A DNA stretch of 64,000 bases from Callorhinchus milii (lineage: Eukaryota): NCBI RefSeq assembly GCF_018977255.1, contig NW_024704746.1, forward strand, positions 52,204,001 to 52,268,000, written 5' to 3'. The position numbers and the translations under genes were made by a program. The notes under the pieces were generated by a model. It had not been told where the DNA came from. It was given only the letters and a program-made list of their open reading frames with translations, and did not search any database. This document shows, in pieces, positions 60,691 to 64,000 of this stretch; positions within the stretch are counted from its first letter, which is position 1, and each line of letters begins with the position of its first letter.

Positions 60691-62569
60691 ACTATCTCGT
60701 GGCAGTGATCTGAGCACGGCTGTGACCTCTGGTCTGGGTGTTGATGTTGAATTGCATGTGAGCTGTGATCTGGGAGTGTGCGATGCTTTCATTGGTTCAC
60801 CAGTGTGAAGTGTCCTCTGGTGAACCACGCTGAGGCCAAGGCCCGGGCTGGTTGATTGGAAAACTTCATTGCGATTGGCTCCTCGAGTCTTTGTTTCTCT
60901 TTGTCCTATCACAGCAGAGAGATTCACCCGTGAGGACCCTAAGGTGAAAGGTCAGTGTGGTGATGATTATGCTGCCCAATCCCCTTGGGTGAAGATTAAT
61001 TCCGAATTTTCAGAGGTTTGTTGAAGAGATCGGCTTCCACACACTTTTATTCTAAGTTGATGAAATGGAATACTGCCATTTCACTTTGGGATCCTTGCAA
61101 TCTATCCTGCCCCATATCAGTGGAATGAGTTTCCTCTCTTTGTTGGTTGTGATGGTCCAAGCTGAAATGGGAAATAGTTACGGGGTACACAGAGATATGG
61201 TAAGAGGGTTACATGTGGAGATCAAATGGGAAGTACAATCAAAATACACAGGTGGATAAATATAGGTTGTGCAGTTGGAGGGATAATTACATTCGAAGGT
61301 GGCATAATTGGGCGGGGGGCACATGGAAGCAGTAGTCAGAGGAAACATGCAGGAGATCGTACAGTTGCGGAGTACAGTGGAAGACAAGAAGCATTGTCTG
61401 AAATGGTGTTTGCTCAATTTCATGCGTGTCTTGAAGCTCTTAGCTCAGTGAGTGCACGCCACCAGTGTTGTAATACTGAAGGTAAATGGTTCTGTCATCC
61501 ATATTATAGATTTGTGTTTCCTTGTTAATATCTTGCTTTGTTATGCTTGCTTCGACACTGGTGTCTGTACAGATTGATTTGGAGCAAGGATATGCATTGA
61601 ACAGTTGAGTGTCTGCCATATCCCGTGTTGCTGTCTGAAAAGAAAGGATCGCAAATAAAGGACTTGTTTGAGGCACTTTCCCTGCATTTTATCAAGTGGC
61701 TTTCTTAATATAATAAAAAATTATCTTTGCAATAATCCTTGCACTTGTAAAGGGCAACCTTGTGCTTTACAAGTCAGCAAACGAGAAGTAAGAATTCCTT
61801 TTGTGCACCAGCAAGTGCTTTGATGGCTCTGAAGTGCTGATTGTACAAATACTTTGAGCTAGTGCCTGTACAATACAGCAGCTCACTGTTCTGTTGGTAC
61901 TGACTAAACCATCATGCATCCTGTCACGGTTACCCTATTCTTGCAGTCTTTTGTAATGTGTAAATAATATGTATACATAGCTATATAATATTATTTAAGG
62001 GAATGGAGAAGCCTGCCCCTTTAAATGTGTTCTGAAAGTTGCAAGAAGCTGCTTGCAGCACATACTTAGTAAGCAACCTACAGGAGTTTGCCACAAAGTG
62101 TAGATCCAGGGCTGCTTGATGGACAGTCAGCTAACAAGCAGCTGCAGCATAAAATAACACATGGGCACGAATGCGGGAAAAAACTCTCGCATTCGCATCA
62201 TATGGTGGGTGGAGCCACACGCGTATATGAGGCAACGCTCGGCGCTCCCCGTGGTCATCACTGCTCATCATCCGGTACCTACTGACATGCACAGGACATG
62301 TCAGGGTTGGTTTTATATTTCTTTACTAATGTAGTATTGTGCCGCCAGTTGTTATAGTTATGTGCGATTGTTATGTTTGATCCCATTGTTGTATATCTTC
62401 CATTGTTGTGTTCCTTATATATAGGGTAGCCTAGGGTTGGTAGGTTTTAATTAAAGAGCTGTTGTTTCAACTGAATGTATCCTCAAGTCTCTGTCGTATT
62501 CTAGACAAGAAAAGGAGTAAGCAACTTTGTAGTTGTCAACATTGGAGGTCTACTAGTGCAAGACAGACT

Positions 62570-63960
62570 TTGAGTGGAGTTGTGCCTTGAAGGAGGCCAG
62601 AGAGATGGGGTCACAGAGCCTAGTGCAAGAGAGGACACAATCTGCAGAGTTCTGGATGATCTGCAGCTTGTGGAGTGAAGAGTTGGGGAGGCCGACAAGG
62701 AGGGCGTTTCTGTAGTCAAGCCTTGAGGTGACGAATGTGTAATAAGGGTTTCGGTGGCCTGAGGGGTGAGGCAATGGCGGAGGCTGGCAAAGTTGCGGAG
62801 GTGGGGGAAGGCAGAATGGGTCATGGCACAGATATGTGTGAGAAAGGACAGATGCCTAGGTTCCTGACAGGCTTGGTGAGGTGGAGTTTGCAACCGTGGA
62901 TGTTGATGCTGCCAGTGCCTGAGATGCTGAGGTGCTGGCGCGAGCCAATCAGAAGGGTCTCAGTCTTGCTGACATTCAGCCATAGAAAGTTGGCTCTCAT
63001 CCAGGACTTGATGTCAGCAGACAGTTTGTCAGGACGTCAGTTGTCTTGGAATCGAGGATGGAGGCAGAGAACTAGAGTTGGGTGTCATCCATATACATTT
63101 GGAAGTCTGTGGATGATGTCACCAAGGGGGAGCATGTGGAGGTTGAAGAGGAGGGGATCGAGGATAGAGCCCTGAGGAACACCACACATGACTGTGCGGG
63201 AGCTGGAAGAGAAACTGTTGGCAGAGACAAATTGGAGACCGTGTGAGAGATAAGACCTGAACCATTCAAGGACAGAACTTTGAAGGTTGAGCTGAGAGGA
63301 GGGGTAGTGGAGGAGGATGGAGTAGTCCACTGTATCGGAAGGCAGCAGAGAGTTCAAGGAAGACGAGGAGGCAGAGGGAGCCTCCTCGTCTTCCTTGAAC
63401 ATAGATGGATAAAATGTCATTTGTCACCTTGACCAGAGCAGTATCCGTTCTATGAGCTGTATGGAAACCCTATTGGAGGGGCTCGTGAAGGGAGTGGAAG
63501 AAGAGGAAGAAGCAAAGCTGGGAAGCAATGACTCTTTCAAGGACCTTCGAAAGAAAAGGGAGGTTGGAGATGGGCCGGAAGTTAGAAAGTAGGGATTGGT
63601 CCAGGGAAGGTTTTTTCAGCATGGTGGTGATTGTAGCTATTTTTAGGGGAATGATGCCAGATGAAAGGGAGAGATTGATGGTGTCGGCGAGAAGAACATA
63701 AGAATTAGGAGCAGCAATAGGCCATTCGGCACTTCGTGCCTGCTCCGCCATTCAATAAGATCATGGCTGATCTTCTCACCTAACTCTGATTACCTGCCCT
63801 ATCCCCATATCCCCTAATCCCTCTATTTTTCAAGAAAAATAGAGAGGCGAGGAGGTGGAGCTGGGAGATTAGGAGAGGGGTGGTGATGGGGTCAAGGGAG
63901 CAGGTGGTGTGTTTCATGCTGCATATGGTGGTGATGAGAGAGGAGGGGAGACAGGTTCGA
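62570..63960 (-). mobile_element. Decayed L2 LINE interrupted by a CR1 3' end (~63695-63830)
   Basis: [34 protein letters not shown] and [10 protein letters not shown] fragments; reverse CR1 tail GGAGCAGCAATAGGCCATTCGGC. Confidence 0.8.
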
Positions 63961-64000
63961 AAATTTGGAACAGAGCAGCTTATCCCCAGAAACGGGGTTA

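Overview
Eukaryotic (vertebrate) genomic DNA, most likely a cartilaginous fish and probably a holocephalan. That assignment is inferred from Deu-domain tRNA-SINEs with (ATT)n tails, dense L2/CR1 LINEs and a shark-type satellite. The window holds a gene block in the same order as human 12p13.33: NRIP2 (first coding exon only, - strand), TEX52 (3 coding exons, -), FOXM1 (7 constitutive coding exons plus a candidate alternative exon, -) and RHNO1 (2 coding exons, +), with FOXM1 and RHNO1 head-to-head around a CHR/CCAAT/E-box promoter module. An extra ~580-aa single-coding-exon coiled-coil gene (+) lies between NRIP2 and TEX52. The rest is mostly mobile DNA: a nearly intact full-length single-ORF L2 LINE nested in a decayed LTR retroelement, a decayed hAT (Buster/Charlie-type) DNA transposon with both TIRs, many L2/CR1 fragments and SINEs, and several minisatellites. 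All gene names come from recalled protein similarity plus splice-phase checks. No database search was run, and repeat boundaries are approximate.
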